From positions 1 to 64,000 of the forward strand of contig JALDZS010000074.1 of the NCBI GenBank assembly GCA_022813965.1: 64,000 bases of DNA. Direction: 5' to 3'. The DNA is from Toensbergia leucococca (Eukaryota). A model generated the notes under the pieces. It was given only the letters and a program-made list of their open reading frames with translations. It was not told where the DNA came from and did no database searches. Position 1 is the stretch's first letter. Each line of letters opens with the position of its first letter. Both the position numbers and the translations under genes were made by a program. Shown piece by piece: positions 47,845-59,790 of this stretch.

Positions 47845-49758
47845 TCACCCCAAAAACTTCCACAACGCCCTCAGGACCGCCAAGCCCCCACTCTGCGTCT
47901 CGACCGTGCGTCCCCTCCCTCTAGAATTCGGATCCCAAGCCACCACTTCCTCACCACCACCACCACTACCATCACCATCAACAACAAGAACCGGCAGACT
48001 ATAAGAAAATGGGTGGGGTTTCAAAACACCCTCCTCGCTCAGCATCTCGTTGTCCCCCGCCTTTCCACCACCAGGCGGCAAGCGCCAAAGCTCATCATCC
48101 GGTACGCCCAGATTCCTATAATCCGTCCCAGCAACACTCGGCCCCTCACCAACAGCTTCCGAGCCGCGGGATCCAGATCCACCCCACCACATACCAAAAA
48201 CGCCGTTACCGTCTCGAGTCCCCATAGCCGCTAGGGCATTATGTCGAATCCAAAGCGCATAGCCCCGACACTTTTCGCGATGCAAGTCCGCCTCCTCAGC
48301 ATCCGCGGACCAAGTCACTCCATCGCTACTGCTGCCATCTTGGGGCAAAGGAGCGCAGAAAAGAGTCAAGTGGTGGAAGAAGATGCCCTTGAAAGTCTGG
48401 CCGTTCTGGCTACAAGTGGCGGTGGCATCGCAGGATTCTTCGAGGATGCCGTCGCGACCAAGGCCTGCCCAGCGCTGTGAGTTAGGGTCTGTATGACGAG
48501 AGTCCCAGCCTGTTGCGGCGATGACGTTGTTGATCAGATGGTGGCCATCGAGGAGATAGCGGCTAGAGCCCGTAGCATCCCACAGGCCGCGCAGTCCGGA
48601 TAGCAGGACGCCTTGATTGTATGTGTAAACCATTTCGTCTCGAACATCGCATTTGCCGCTGCCTATGCTGCCGTTTTTCTCTCCGCCACGCCAGCCGCTG
48701 ATGTGGAAGCCGTCGACGAAGAGGCCTTTTTCGTTTGTCATATTGCTCGTCCGAAGCCATTCGTATGCATCCACTGCCGCCTTGAGATATTTGGGGTTGT
48801 GGGCTTTAGCTGGTGGGAGCCTTCCATCTCCGCCGCTTTGGTCGGTTGAGAACGGCGAGGGATTACTGTCGCCAGGAAAGTATAGGTACATGCTGACGCT
48901 TGCGGCGATGAAAAGCTGATTGGTGATGGCGTTCTTGTAGGGTGTGAGCCAAGGACTCCATATCATGCCCCCGCCACATAGCGAAGTATCCCAGCCTTGA
49001 GATGCGAGATCGTAGAAGAGTCGAGCGCGGTGGGCGAATGAGGGGATGAATTGGTGGGCGTACCAGTCCGATACGTTGTTCTCAATGTTATAGTTTCCCA
49101 ATCTAGATGTATAGTGCATGTCCGAATGCCGGTGTATAAATTTGATGCTCTCCAACCAACCCAATACAACCCAAAGCATATCATCAAAGGCCTGTGTTCG
49201 TAGGCTGAAGGCGTTCTCCCCGAAGTAAAAGGATGTGATCTGGGTAAAATACTGATTGATGAGGTTCTCATGCTCGTGTATCGGTTCGGCAATGGTAGAG
49301 CGTTCAGGAGGAGTCGACAATGGCACAGTGTATTCCCGAGCTTCGGAAATAGCAATCAGAGTCGCAGAAACTTGTGTGCCCATGACTGCGGCGGTCCAAT
49401 CTATGGCATCAGGCCATGTACCTTGCCATAGCGCATAGAAGTGTGACTGCATTACTTCGAGAGCACTGACAAGGGCAGGGAATGTATCTAATATTTCTGA
49501 AGTGGCTGACAGAAGAGGGTTGTGTGACAGGAGCGTTGGGTCATTGTCGGAGGGGAAAGGCAACGACTGCGATTGCACTTCGTCATTAATGATATGCTGG
49601 TCGTAGGTAGATATGATTTGCTGTTCTGGGGCAACCAGATACTGCGGACGTGGGTTCTTTGACCTTCGAGTAAGTGCGGCGGCGGGATGGAGGAAAAGAG
49701 GGCATAGACATGACAGGTAAAGCATAGCGAGTCTCGGAATTGAAAATCGTTCAATCAT
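47845..49758 (-). CDS. Glycoside hydrolase family 76 protein
   Basis: Signal peptide, AIDWTAAV, AFDDMLWVVLGW, LCGGGMIW, YKNAITNQLF, TYNQGVLLSG, QTFKGIFFHHL. Confidence 0.92.
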   Translation of the reverse strand: MIERFSIPRLAMLYLSCLCPLFLHPAAALTRRSKNPRPQYLVAPEQQIISTYDQHIINDEVQSQSLPFPSDNDPTLLSHNPLLSATSEILDTFPALVSALEVMQSHFYALWQGTWPDAIDWTAAVMGTQVSATLIAISEAREYTVPLSTPPERSTIAEPIHEHENLINQYFTQITSFYFGENAFSLRTQAFDDMLWVVLGWLESIKFIHRHSDMHYTSRLGNYNIENNVSDWYAHQFIPSFAHRARLFYDLASQGWDTSLCGGGMIWSPWLTPYKNAITNQLFIAASVSMYLYFPGDSNPSPFSTDQSGGDGRLPPAKAHNPKYLKAAVDAYEWLRTSNMTNEKGLFVDGFHISGWRGGEKNGSIGSGKCDVRDEMVYTYNQGVLLSGLRGLWDATGSSRYLLDGHHLINNVIAATGWDSRHTDPNSQRWAGLGRDGILEESCDATATCSQNGQTFKGIFFHHLTLFCAPLPQDGSSSDGVTWSADAEEADLHREKCRGYALWIRHNALAAMGTRDGNGVFGMWWGGSGSRGSEAVGEGPSVAGTDYRNLGVPDDELWRLPPGGGKAGDNEMLSEEGVLKPHPFSYSLPVLVVDGDGSGGGGEEVVAWDPNSRGRGRTVETQSGGLAVLRALWKFLG

Positions 49759-50164
49759 GATGACGACGCCGCAACACCAATGCCCAAAAGAAGCTGCCAG
49801 CAGCGAAAGTACCTAGTGATACAATTGAGTAGTTGTTGAGAAGGTTTTCTGTTTCCCACGCTCGTGATGGGGAAGGAATAGGCTAGGCTCGATGAGGGCA
49901 AGTAGAGGTACGCAACTTGGCCTGATGTCATCACACGTGCGGCTGAAATTGTGGAATTGTGCTGGCTAATTTTCCGGCCTACCTACCTTCTCCCCTCCTT
50001 TTTCACTCAACAACACCGATAAATCCCCAACGGTAAGATAACAAAAGCATATGAAGGAGAAGAGAAGAAGAGGAAAGTCGTGTTTGCTGTTACTCACCAA
50101 GAGTAGACATCTTTTTAGAAATCCATATCTAGACCTACATTATTCTACAGAACAGCACGAGTAG

Positions 50165-50240
50165 AAAATCATCGCGATTTCACACCACATTTGCCCCCTT
50201 GATTCTCTATCACTTCTGCATGCCATCTACCTTCTTGCTA
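50165..50240 (+). mobile_element. Internal fragment of the same TIR element family
   Basis: AATCATCGCGATTTCACACCACATTTGC..TGCATGCCATCTACCTTCT matches ~32001-32067. Confidence 0.7.
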
Positions 50241-50572
50241 ATCTCGATTTCTCACATCGTCTTGCATTTCATTACCGACCTTATCACTCATAAAGTCTCG
50301 CTTTCATCAAATAATACGATAAACCCTCAACACATATCTCTTGATGCTAGATACATATCTTGTGTTTAGCCTCGTAGAAGACGAGATAAGGAATGAACGT
50401 GTTTGATGGAGCGTGCTGTAGAGTATAGTATGGCGTCATGAAGATCATCCTCTGCGCCTTTGTCTCACAGTTGATTCAACACTCCTGTTCGTCACAGAAG
50501 CCTCATTTCCAACGATGGACTCTCTTCGAGAAAGATAGCCCGCCTTCTTTCGTTATAGTCTTCAATAGAGCC

Positions 50573-51828
50573 ATGCTAGAGTCACACCAGTCTCACGAGA
50601 GATACTCTCTTCTCTCAGCTGCAGATGCAGACTCCGAAAAAGGCCTTCTCATTAGCCACCCAAAGCGAAAGTCTCTTCACTACATTCTCCTTGTCTGCCT
50701 TACCATCTCTTGCTTAATTCTTAGCTTTGGCAGCGGAGTGCTTTTTCGAACCCACCAAGTTTGGGCCAGCCAGGATGACCCATCCACAACATCATCATGT
50801 ACTATTCCTATCACTCGTCGAGAATGGCGAAGTCTGAGCAGAGGGGAGAAAAGTGAATACATACAAGCTGTTCAGTGCTTGAAAAAGACGCCCTCTCTCC
50901 TAGGGATGAACCACTCGTTGCACGACGATTTCCCATGGATCCACAGCCACATTGGTGAATATTGTATGTCTTTTTCCTCGAATAAATCTCATAGGCTGAT
51001 ATTAAATGGGACTCCTCAAAAGCCCATGAAGCAGCTGCATTCCTCACTTGGCAGAGGTACTTTTTACATACCTATGAGCGAGCGTTGAGGGAAAAATGCG
51101 ATTTCGCTAGCCATCTCCCGTGCGCCACTCACGCAAGTATTCATTCCTAAAAGCTGCACAACTGACTGTGGCATCAGCTATTGGAACTGGGCCTTGGACT
51201 GGGAGAATATACCAATGTCTCCGGTGTGGGACAGTGAGACCGGCTTTGGCGGCAATGGCAACAAAAGCGACCCTCGCTCCATTTTCAATGGCTATTGCGT
51301 CGCAGACGGTCCTTTCGCTGGGTTGGAGCTTCGGTATCTTGATAAAAAATACCACCCACACTGCCTGGCACACGGCTTTGAGGCGCCGGAAGTTCTTGCG
51401 AGGCTGGGTCCGAAAGTAGGCCCCACCGCTGTAGAAGAGTTGCTGCATCTGTCTGATTACGAGTCGTTCAACCTGCACTTGGAGAGGGGTTCGCACTCGG
51501 GGATTCCGCTTTCTATCCGTGGGGACTTTACCCTCTTCACGGCTCCAAACGGTGTGTCTGTTGTACACTGTCCTGATCATATACCTTTCTGACTTGATAC
51601 ACAGATCCAGTTTTCTTCCTCCACCACGCGCAGGTTGATCGATTGTGGTGGACATGGCAGCATGACGATCCTCGGCAACGGCAGACGGAGTATCCCGGCA
51701 AAGCAGCTCACGATTCAACTAAAGATGCCTCATTGGCGGATTTGGTTCCGATGGGGGGTTTGGCACCGGATATCGCAGTCAAAGAAATCATGAGCACCGA
51801 GTCGGATTTGCTGTGCTATAGGTATTAG
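50573..51828 (+). CDS. Membrane-anchored tyrosinase-like (type-3 copper) protein, 4 exons, with altered copper ligands
   Basis: N-terminal TM, RREWRSLS..YIQAVQCL, DDFPWIH, SHEAAAFLTWQR, PYWNWALD, GFGGNG, CVADGPF, APNDPVFFLHHAQVDRLWWTWQ. Introns splice in frame. Confidence 0.88.
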
Positions 51829-52999
51829 ACAAAGAATGGGGAGAGCGGGGGGGCCGGGGGGATCTTGGTTTGCGATTACTCCTTCCCGTTCGACACAACC
51901 CATCTCAGCTTGCAAAACTCCTGGCCGGATCGCTGCATCAAGAATCTTGGTGTCATCATATCTGTCACCCTGTTTCTTACAAGCTGCTTTTGATCTTTCA
52001 ATAGAGTGGAAGATAAGACATGTATGCAGTTATGATTGTGAACATGCAAGGAATAATCTTGAATATGTAAGGAATGATTGTATTGAAAGATGGATTGAGA
52101 TGATTATAACAAGCTAAAATGGATAGGGATTAAGGTAGAATTCAGTGGGCTGGCCATTCCGAATACCGTACTTTTCGACCTCATGAATACCTTAGCCTCA
52201 GAAAGAGTCTGACGTTGAAGGTACGAGTATCTACTCTCATGATTCAACGTTACCTGTTCATAAACCTGAACACTTTAGTCTTCAAAGAATCCCATCAGTT
52301 TCTGCTGATGACGCCTCTTTATTCAATCAGTGAGCTTTTGGGCCGTGTCAGAGTCAGATTCATATGTGATGCAGAAGGTACTGGATTTCAATTCTGGAAG
52401 AGGAGCGTCTCTCCCAGGGGCCGAGTTGATAAACAACCGGGTCGCCTAGTCATTCTGATTGAGTCAACGCTAACATGATCCTAGCTCTAGAGCCTAGGAT
52501 CAGGTGAAACCTCAGTGATCAATCTGTGACAAGTGAAAAGGTAAAGCATGACATCAAATGCAAGTCTTGCGACTCACTGGGGCTTGCTGTCCCAGGGATT
52601 TCTAAATGCGCTCATGATGCAGTGTCGCCGTGATTATGGTGGGAATAACCCCTTTAGATTCCTCTTCATCAGTGATGGTCTTTCTTACGCACTTGAAAAA
52701 TTCTGTGGGCAACAGAATATCGTATTTTTACGGTTGAAGCCAGTCACGCCTTGGCGACGTCACGGATGGCTCCTTCCGATGCAACACCACAAATGCCATT
52801 CTCCTGTAGAGATATCTCGACGAAAGAGCAAAGAGGGCTCAGAATGCTGCAAGAGTCGAGAATAGTAGACCTGTGGAGTTTATTGGCAACAAACCATGAA
52901 GAATACCATGAGCAACCAATTCAAATGCAGTCTCCCCCACGATAAGAGAACGGCTCTGTTGGTCGTGATACCCGAATCAATGGAATGATTATCTCCGTC

Positions 53000-54800
53000 C
53001 TGATGGTCTGGCTCGATGCACAAGTGTTTGAGGCGAGTATATTTACCTCATCTGTCAAATAAGATGAGCTGACAACAAACGACGAGAAGGGAAACTAAAT
53101 AGTTTCCAAAGTGCTTGCAGACATTTGCAACCTAATCTCCGTATGGAAGGAAAACAATGGACTTACAAGTAAATCGTATTTCCATGAGCGGTGAGAAAGG
53201 ATATCAGTCTTACTTTGAAATCTTTCAATCCCCCTGAATGAAACATCTGACACTACGTAATTAATTCCAAATTTACCCGCTCACTGACGACTACTACTTC
53301 TTGCTTTTATGTGCCATGACGAGGTAACAACGGACTTCGTTCTACTGCCTGGATTTGCCGCCGCTGTTGAGTTCCTAATGAATCAAGCGACACCTGTGTT
53401 TTTAAAATCAGCAGACGACTGGATTGCAGAGTCCGGAAAAGTCCTCACAGTAACGAACACATCCCGCACATAATGAGTCATCAATGCAATCCCTACTCCG
53501 GCAGAAATTCCAGGTGCAAAGCCTACAAATGTGCAAGTCAAGAGTGTTACCCCCACAACAGCTCCATCACCGAATTGAAGCGCCTTGCTTGAGTCCCACA
53601 AAGCCTCTGCTATGAGATTGATCCCTAGGAACATGATGAGTATGGATGCTACAATGGTCAGAATAAATCAAAGAATTGCCGATGAGCTAAAGAAAAGGCC
53701 GAACGTTAAGAGTATCACGATGAATGACTCGAACCGACCTCCACCGGTAAGGGTGAAAAAACGAGTGTTGGAAAAGACCTGTCCAATCAAGACGTGGTAA
53801 GCCAATGTGGAATGATACAACTTTGAGATTTAGAACGTACTATGAGGTTGGGAACAGTGTCCACCATGCCTGCTAAAAGGTTTGATACTCCGTGACCGAG
53901 AAATTCATGATCCATGTGATACTTTGGTCCATTCAGAAACATTGCGACTGCCGGGATAAAGATAGGCAGGCTGAGCACACCAATAGAAACTAAAACAACA
54001 ATGTCTTGAATAACTCATTTCATAGCATACCACTCAATCTTTGAGAGGTCAGACAAAGCCAAGTAGTCCCAGGAGTGATCAACAGTGAGTAACTTTTGCT
54101 CAGATGATTGCGTAGTGAAGAGCCATCCAGCAGATGCCAGATGTTTCATACCGTCCGGGTTCGCGTTTGCCGCAATTGGAACGGCTTCCCAGAAGACAGC
54201 TCCAACGAAAACAACGTACACAGGGACATAGAGTGCATGCTTTGTGAATGCATGCATGATCAAGGTGAGACTCCGCATGTAAATTGATAGTGAGAGAAAG
54301 AGCGCAGTAATAAAAGAAGCTACAAGCAGAGAAATGTGAGCTCATATGAATAGGATCGAACTCACAGATCCCCAGCTCAACTTGAGAGACATCAGAGGCA
54401 GAGTGAGCTTTAGAGTGAGTACGGAAAGAGACACACCGATTGCACCTAGAAAGAGTTTGTTATCAGCCAAAGGATTTTACGTCATTCAGCCAGGAACACC
54501 AACGAACCAATTGCACTCATCAGCACCGTCTTTGGAAAAGAATTGACCTAAAATCCCACATTATTACCCTTGTTGCATCTGCAAATAGGGAATAAAAATG
54601 TGGGTAAAGTGCCTTGAGCAAAGCTAGAGGTAAAGGTGTGTTTAGTTGATTGAGTGAAGGAGCTGAGCCTACTTATCTGAAAATACGCCCGTAGAATGAG
54701 CGTTCTAGTCGTCACTAAAACAATTCCCGGCATTTATAGCAGAAGATTCAAAGAAAAGATTTATTATCAATCAAGTGAAAAGGACCGTGGACAAATCGAA
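53000..54800 (-). pseudogene. SulP/SLC26-like anion transporter pseudogene
   Basis: Fragments FFPKTVLMSAI/GAIGVSL, MDHEFLGHGVSNLLAGMVDTVPNLIV, NTRFFTLTGGGRFES and FLGINLIAEALW lie in several frames with stops. Boundaries approximate. Confidence 0.65.
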
Positions 54801-55359
54801 TTCAAAACCATGTGGAAATGCACTCCAGACAAAGAACAGTCAATTCGGACAAAACAATTGAATAATCATTGCAGTAGTCAAATCCACCCAATAGGTTCCG
54901 ACTACTCCGCCTTGTATGCCAACGAAGCAAGAGAGCCGAAAAACCCTCCCTCACATGCCATGTGCTCAAATTGTGCCATGCACCAAGCACCAACTTGTGG
55001 CTTTTGTAATTCCGAAACTTAAACAATACCTGTAGTCTAGGTAGGAGGTGTTTCTGGGGGGCACAAGCACCTGCTAAAAAAGCGCCCACGACGCGTATCC
55101 AATGCCGCTTTCCCACCTTTCGAGACCTAGCTTTGGGTGGCATCACTGTAAGTCGTTAGTGACCTGGATCAAATCCGTCCCAAAAGTAACGTTGGGACAA
55201 ACATACCAGATAGCTACCGCACAAATGTGCCGAAAGAAGCCCCTGACTTTCGCCAACAGACTTATCGGCATCTCCTTTCTCCGAAGTATTTCATCCTTCT
55301 CCCATCTTCTCCTTGCTGCCCTTCTCCCTTCCCACACAGAAAGTCTCAACTCTTCATCT

Positions 55360-56036
55360 CTACTCCTCCCCATCCGGCCCTCCCTTCTCCTCCCCACCAG
55401 GACTCCTACTCCTCGCCCTCGCACCACCACCTCTTCTGCTCCCAGCACTACTCCTTCCCCCTCTCCCCCCCCCACCCTCAGGCTTCGCAGGCGGCGGTCT
55501 CACAAACGCAAAATCAACCTTGATGCTTTGCTCCAACAACTTCATATTTCCCGCGCCCTCAATCGCCGCTTTCGCCTCTTTTTGCGTCCCGTATTCAACG
55601 AGAGCGTATCCCTAGAAAAAAACAAGCAGCCCCCCCAAAGAGTCAGCCAAAACCCTGCTACAATACAATAATGCCACCACCTTCAAAGCTTTTTTCTCTC
55701 TCTTTCATCCCATTCAATAAGGAAGCTATCCCCACAAAATCCATCTTCTCCCGAGTCTCCCTTCATTCTCAAGAACGAGCCCGAACTCACCTTGACATAA
55801 CCAGTCCTCCGATCCAAATTCATATGCAGATTTTTAATGTCCCCGAAATCGCCAAACAACTCTTGTAGATCCTCCTCGCTGGCCTCCTCGTGCACGTTGG
55901 TAACCAAGATGATCCAACCTTCAATCGAACGCACGGCTACGGCGCCTGTCGAGGTGCGGGTCTCCGTAGTAGCAGCGACGCCATTTTGTGGGGAGGTAGG
56001 GGTAGGGTCGATATCCATTTCTGTGGTGGAGGCCAT
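55360..56036 (-). CDS. RBM8A: RNA-binding protein Y14 (exon junction complex), 2 exons
   Basis: [44 protein letters not shown]; intron 55612-55790; RG/RS-rich tail. Confidence 0.96.
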
Positions 56037-56418
56037 AGTGGCGACCGAGGAAAGCGTAGGCAAAAGTGGGGCCTGTGCTAGAGGTAGATAGTGGGTAGTG
56101 TTACGGTAGAGGTCAAGAGGCCAAGAAGTTGGTTTAAGGGTGTAGGCGTCTGAGCCGCGCTAGCAACTATCGCTTCATTTCAGGACTTCAACCCTCGAAT
56201 GCGCTATGCTTGATGAATTTACCCACTTTTGCTTGCCAGATATTTCCTACGATACAGTGCGCCTTAACATGAAATTTACATGAGCTACCATCTTCACATT
56301 CAGCATTTCGCTGGTTTCAAAACACGCAAAGCAAAGATGTTCGCAAATATCGTCTAGGTCGAGAGAGTTCTCAAGGTTTTTGGTAGTAAGTGCACGACTC
56401 CGTACTCTGATAGTTTTG

Positions 56419-57003
56419 GGGAATTGACACCAGGACGCCCCCCCCTCGGGCGCAATATCATCGAGGGAAATATTATCATTCTGCACCATGATTTGCCTCG
56501 ATTCCCCACCACCTTTGCATGCCTTATACCTCATGATTCCGCGTGCAATCTACCACCTTCACTGCAGTAGGGAATCATCCTAATATTGTATCACGTTTCC
56601 ACTTACCTTTCCACCCCGGGCGCAATACCATGGATTTTGATCTGCCTCCACCTCATGAAGAGGTGCAGGAGTGCATGTGAACGTCATTGTGCCTCTGGAT
56701 AATAGAGTATTTTATGATTTTGGAAGGAGGTAGAAAGTTTGTAAAATCATGGTTTTTTGCGCTTGGGGGGTGATCGTGCGCCCGGGGGTGAGGTAATCAA
56801 GTCAGGATGTGGTACAAAAGCATGGTTTTTCTCCTATGTAATTTGGCTTCTAGATGGCATGCGAATAGAACAAGTAAATAGTTTGCAGATGTGGTGGGGA
56901 ATCGAGGCAAATTGTGGTGAAGAATGATAACATTTCCCTCGATGATATTGCGCCCGAGGGGGGTGTTCTTGTATCAAAAGGGGGTGTCCTGGTATCAATT
57001 CCC
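56419..57003. mobile_element. Complete non-autonomous TIR element, related subfamily, 8-bp TSD (7/8 match)
   Basis: Left end GGGAATTGACACCAGGACGCCCCC and right end GGGGGTGTCCTGGTATCAATTCCC, with ~100 bp of inverted homology. Flanks TAGTTTTG (56411-56418) and TAGTTTTA (57004-57011). Confidence 0.9.
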
Positions 57004-57705
57004 TAGTTTTAACACGAACAGGGAGAATCCATCATACTCACAGTCTCACAACAGTCGATGCAACGGTGAAGTCCTATTTCAAGCTGCACTAGGCCTTGAA
57101 TTGCCTATTTGAATCGAAGACACATGACATGTCTCAAACCACTTTTTTTGACTCAGCAGGGAGTAAGACTAAGAATTAGAATTTCTCTCAATACGAGCAC
57201 TCAAGACTACGACAATAGATTGAAAGATAGACAAGACCACTGGAATTTGAAATGACTAACCATTCTTGCACTTACATATCAGCAGCCAAGCTTAGTGTGA
57301 GACGCTGCTTTCCTCCAATTGCAATGCATCCAGGTCATCCTTTGAAAGCGGATAAAGCTAGCGAAGTGACCAAATAGCCATCAGCCAAGGACCGACGTAG
57401 TAGCTTTTCTCAACAGATATCGGTAAGCCCACTCACTTCGAATGCCATCCTCAAATAAAAGAAGCCAAACACCCGCCTTACAGAGAAAAGGATTTGGATT
57501 GCTGCGGTTGATCAACGCACTAGTAGACTGCCATGTTGTTTTACGTTGGGCCAGTGACTTAGCTGAACGACCACCAATTTTCTTTCATTGCGTAACCACG
57601 TCCCAAGCCGACTACAAACCGCGTCATGTGGTCGATTGGTGGGTTGACAAGGGATTCGACGATATTGATAAGATCCATAGGAGTTCGGTCATCATACTTC
57701 ACGAG

Positions 57706-59363
57706 CTATGCGTGAACGTCAAGTACGTCGTCCGGTCGAGTAGCAACCCCAGTGACTGCAGCGGTAGTGGCTTCTCCTAAAACCGTTTCCTCCTTTCCGC
57801 TAGGAACGAATGCGTACCTTGGCAGTTGTGCCATCTTCTCTTCTGGGCTAATTTCATTGTCCGAGTATACCAATTTGGTAACCTTCTCCTTTTCCTTCTT
57901 CCCTTTCTTCTCCTCATGAGCGTCGTTAGGTTTCGAGTCCAATTTGGGAGCGCCTGTAGATTCATTCCTCTCAGACTTAATGGCGGTAACTTTATTGGCT
58001 TCATCTGCATCCTTTGCAGCGCCCGAAACGAGATCATCGAGGGTCGTAGCATTCGCAGATGGAATGCTGTGGGGCTTGGGGTGTGCTGTTGGCGAGGGAC
58101 CATTTCGATTAGGAGATTGATGATCAGGGAAATTGCTTCCGTTCTGATGCTGATGATTATCGAAACCAGCACCAAAAGGCTGCGGGGCCCCTGGCTGGAA
58201 TGTAGGTGCCACGGGATTCGGAGGTCCTGGAATTTGACCATGGTGCATCTGCTGCATTTGGAAAAAATTGACAGATGGTGCACCAAACGATGGTCGTTGC
58301 GGTAGTCCAGGTGGTAATGGTAAGCTGCCTGAACGCTGAGGAGGTGGCACATTTTGTGGAGGAGTATGTATACGTGGGGGTTGATACTGACTATGTTGGA
58401 ATGGGACTGGCGGAGATCCTGCGCCGAATTGACGAGGAGGTCCATTCTGATACTGCGGCGAGAACGCTTGTGGCCCAGGATGATGATATTGCTGAGGCGG
58501 TGCAAAAGGTTGGTTATTGGGAAACTGAGGCATACCTGGGGAAGCAAAGCCTGGAGATGGCTGAAATGGAGGTGGTTGCTGCTGATATGAAACAGGCTGT
58601 TGATATGAAGGTTGAGGATAAGAGGAGTACGTCGAGTTGTTTGGAGGTCCTCCAAAGGGCATTTGCGGCTGTGGATAACCTGGGGAACCAGCCTGTTTTC
58701 CATGCTTTCAGCAATGTGTTACAATGTATGTTCATACCAACTTACGTGACCGCCCATGTCTTGACCTATGGCAGGGCTTTGATCTCCATATCCTGCGCCA
58801 ATTGGAGTGGCATCTCCACTGCTTATCCCCGCGGCCTGTTCTGCCGCTTTCTTCGCTTTATGCTCTGCAAGTCTCTTTTTGATGTCAGACGGAGACTCGA
58901 ATTTCGGCTTCTTGACTCCGTTCGCTCCGTTCGCTCCAGGGCCAGCATTGCCGGTCGCAGCTCGGCGCTCAGCTTCAGCTTGAGCGAATTGACTTAGGAC
59001 GCGTTGATTATGACTGGTCACAATGTCTTCCGGAATACCCTCCATACCGAATATCTCGACATCCAGGCCAGATCGATTCGGAAGGGCATTCTCAATGGTG
59101 GTGAGGGTCTCTTTGTGGACTTGAGTCATGTGTACGGACAAGCCTGGATGCTTTGTCAGTTTCTTGCACAAACATGTCAGAGCTGGCGATATCGCACCTC
59201 CAGCAGTGTTCAGTCGTCGTCCACAGCGTTCGCACTTGAAGTGTTTTGCTTTTTGATGATTGATTAGAATCTTGAGATCGTCAAAGTCTCGCTCACAGTA
59301 ATAGCACCACGGTCTTGCTAATATCTCCTCCACGTCAGGATGACCTCTCTTCTTCTTACCCAT
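57706..59363 (-). CDS. C2H2 zinc-finger protein, BuGZ/ZNF207-like, with Pro/Gln-rich region
   Basis: RPWCYYCERDFDDLKILINHQKAKHFKCERCGRRLNTAGG(L)SVHMTQVHKE, VEIFGMEGIP, C-terminal LVYSDNEISPEEKMAQLPRY. Confidence 0.92.
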
Positions 59364-59790
59364 AGCGACGGATGAGAGAGGTGATAAGTTAAAGACAGTA
59401 TAGGGTGCAGAGGTCTTGATGCTTGAATGCTTGTCCTCGCATCAAGTCGGCATGAAACTTCACTCGATGTGTTGTTGGAGGACCACTGTTCTACGGCGAG
59501 GTATAGAAATTGCGCCATAGGCGAGGTCCGAACATCTAACACATTAGAATGCAAGAATGCCAGAATGCATCTCATCTACGCTCACGCTCACTGCAATGAA
59601 TTGAATGTAATAGAACAGTGATTTCCCATGAGCGGCCATCAACCTGGTACAATTAATCGGCCCTAAGCCTCTTGGATTTTGAAGGTTTGATGTAGATATA
59701 GAAAAGCATAAAAGCTCTTCATTAATTACATGATTTACTAGAATACTTCAGCTACAACATCAACCCTGGATGTTGAAGGGTTACCAAACC

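Noticed and set aside
57777..58997. Long alternative-frame and antisense ORFs over the zinc-finger gene (similarly 30714-31547 and 9545-10066)
   Set aside because: Shadow ORFs caused by codon bias or low complexity of the real gene.
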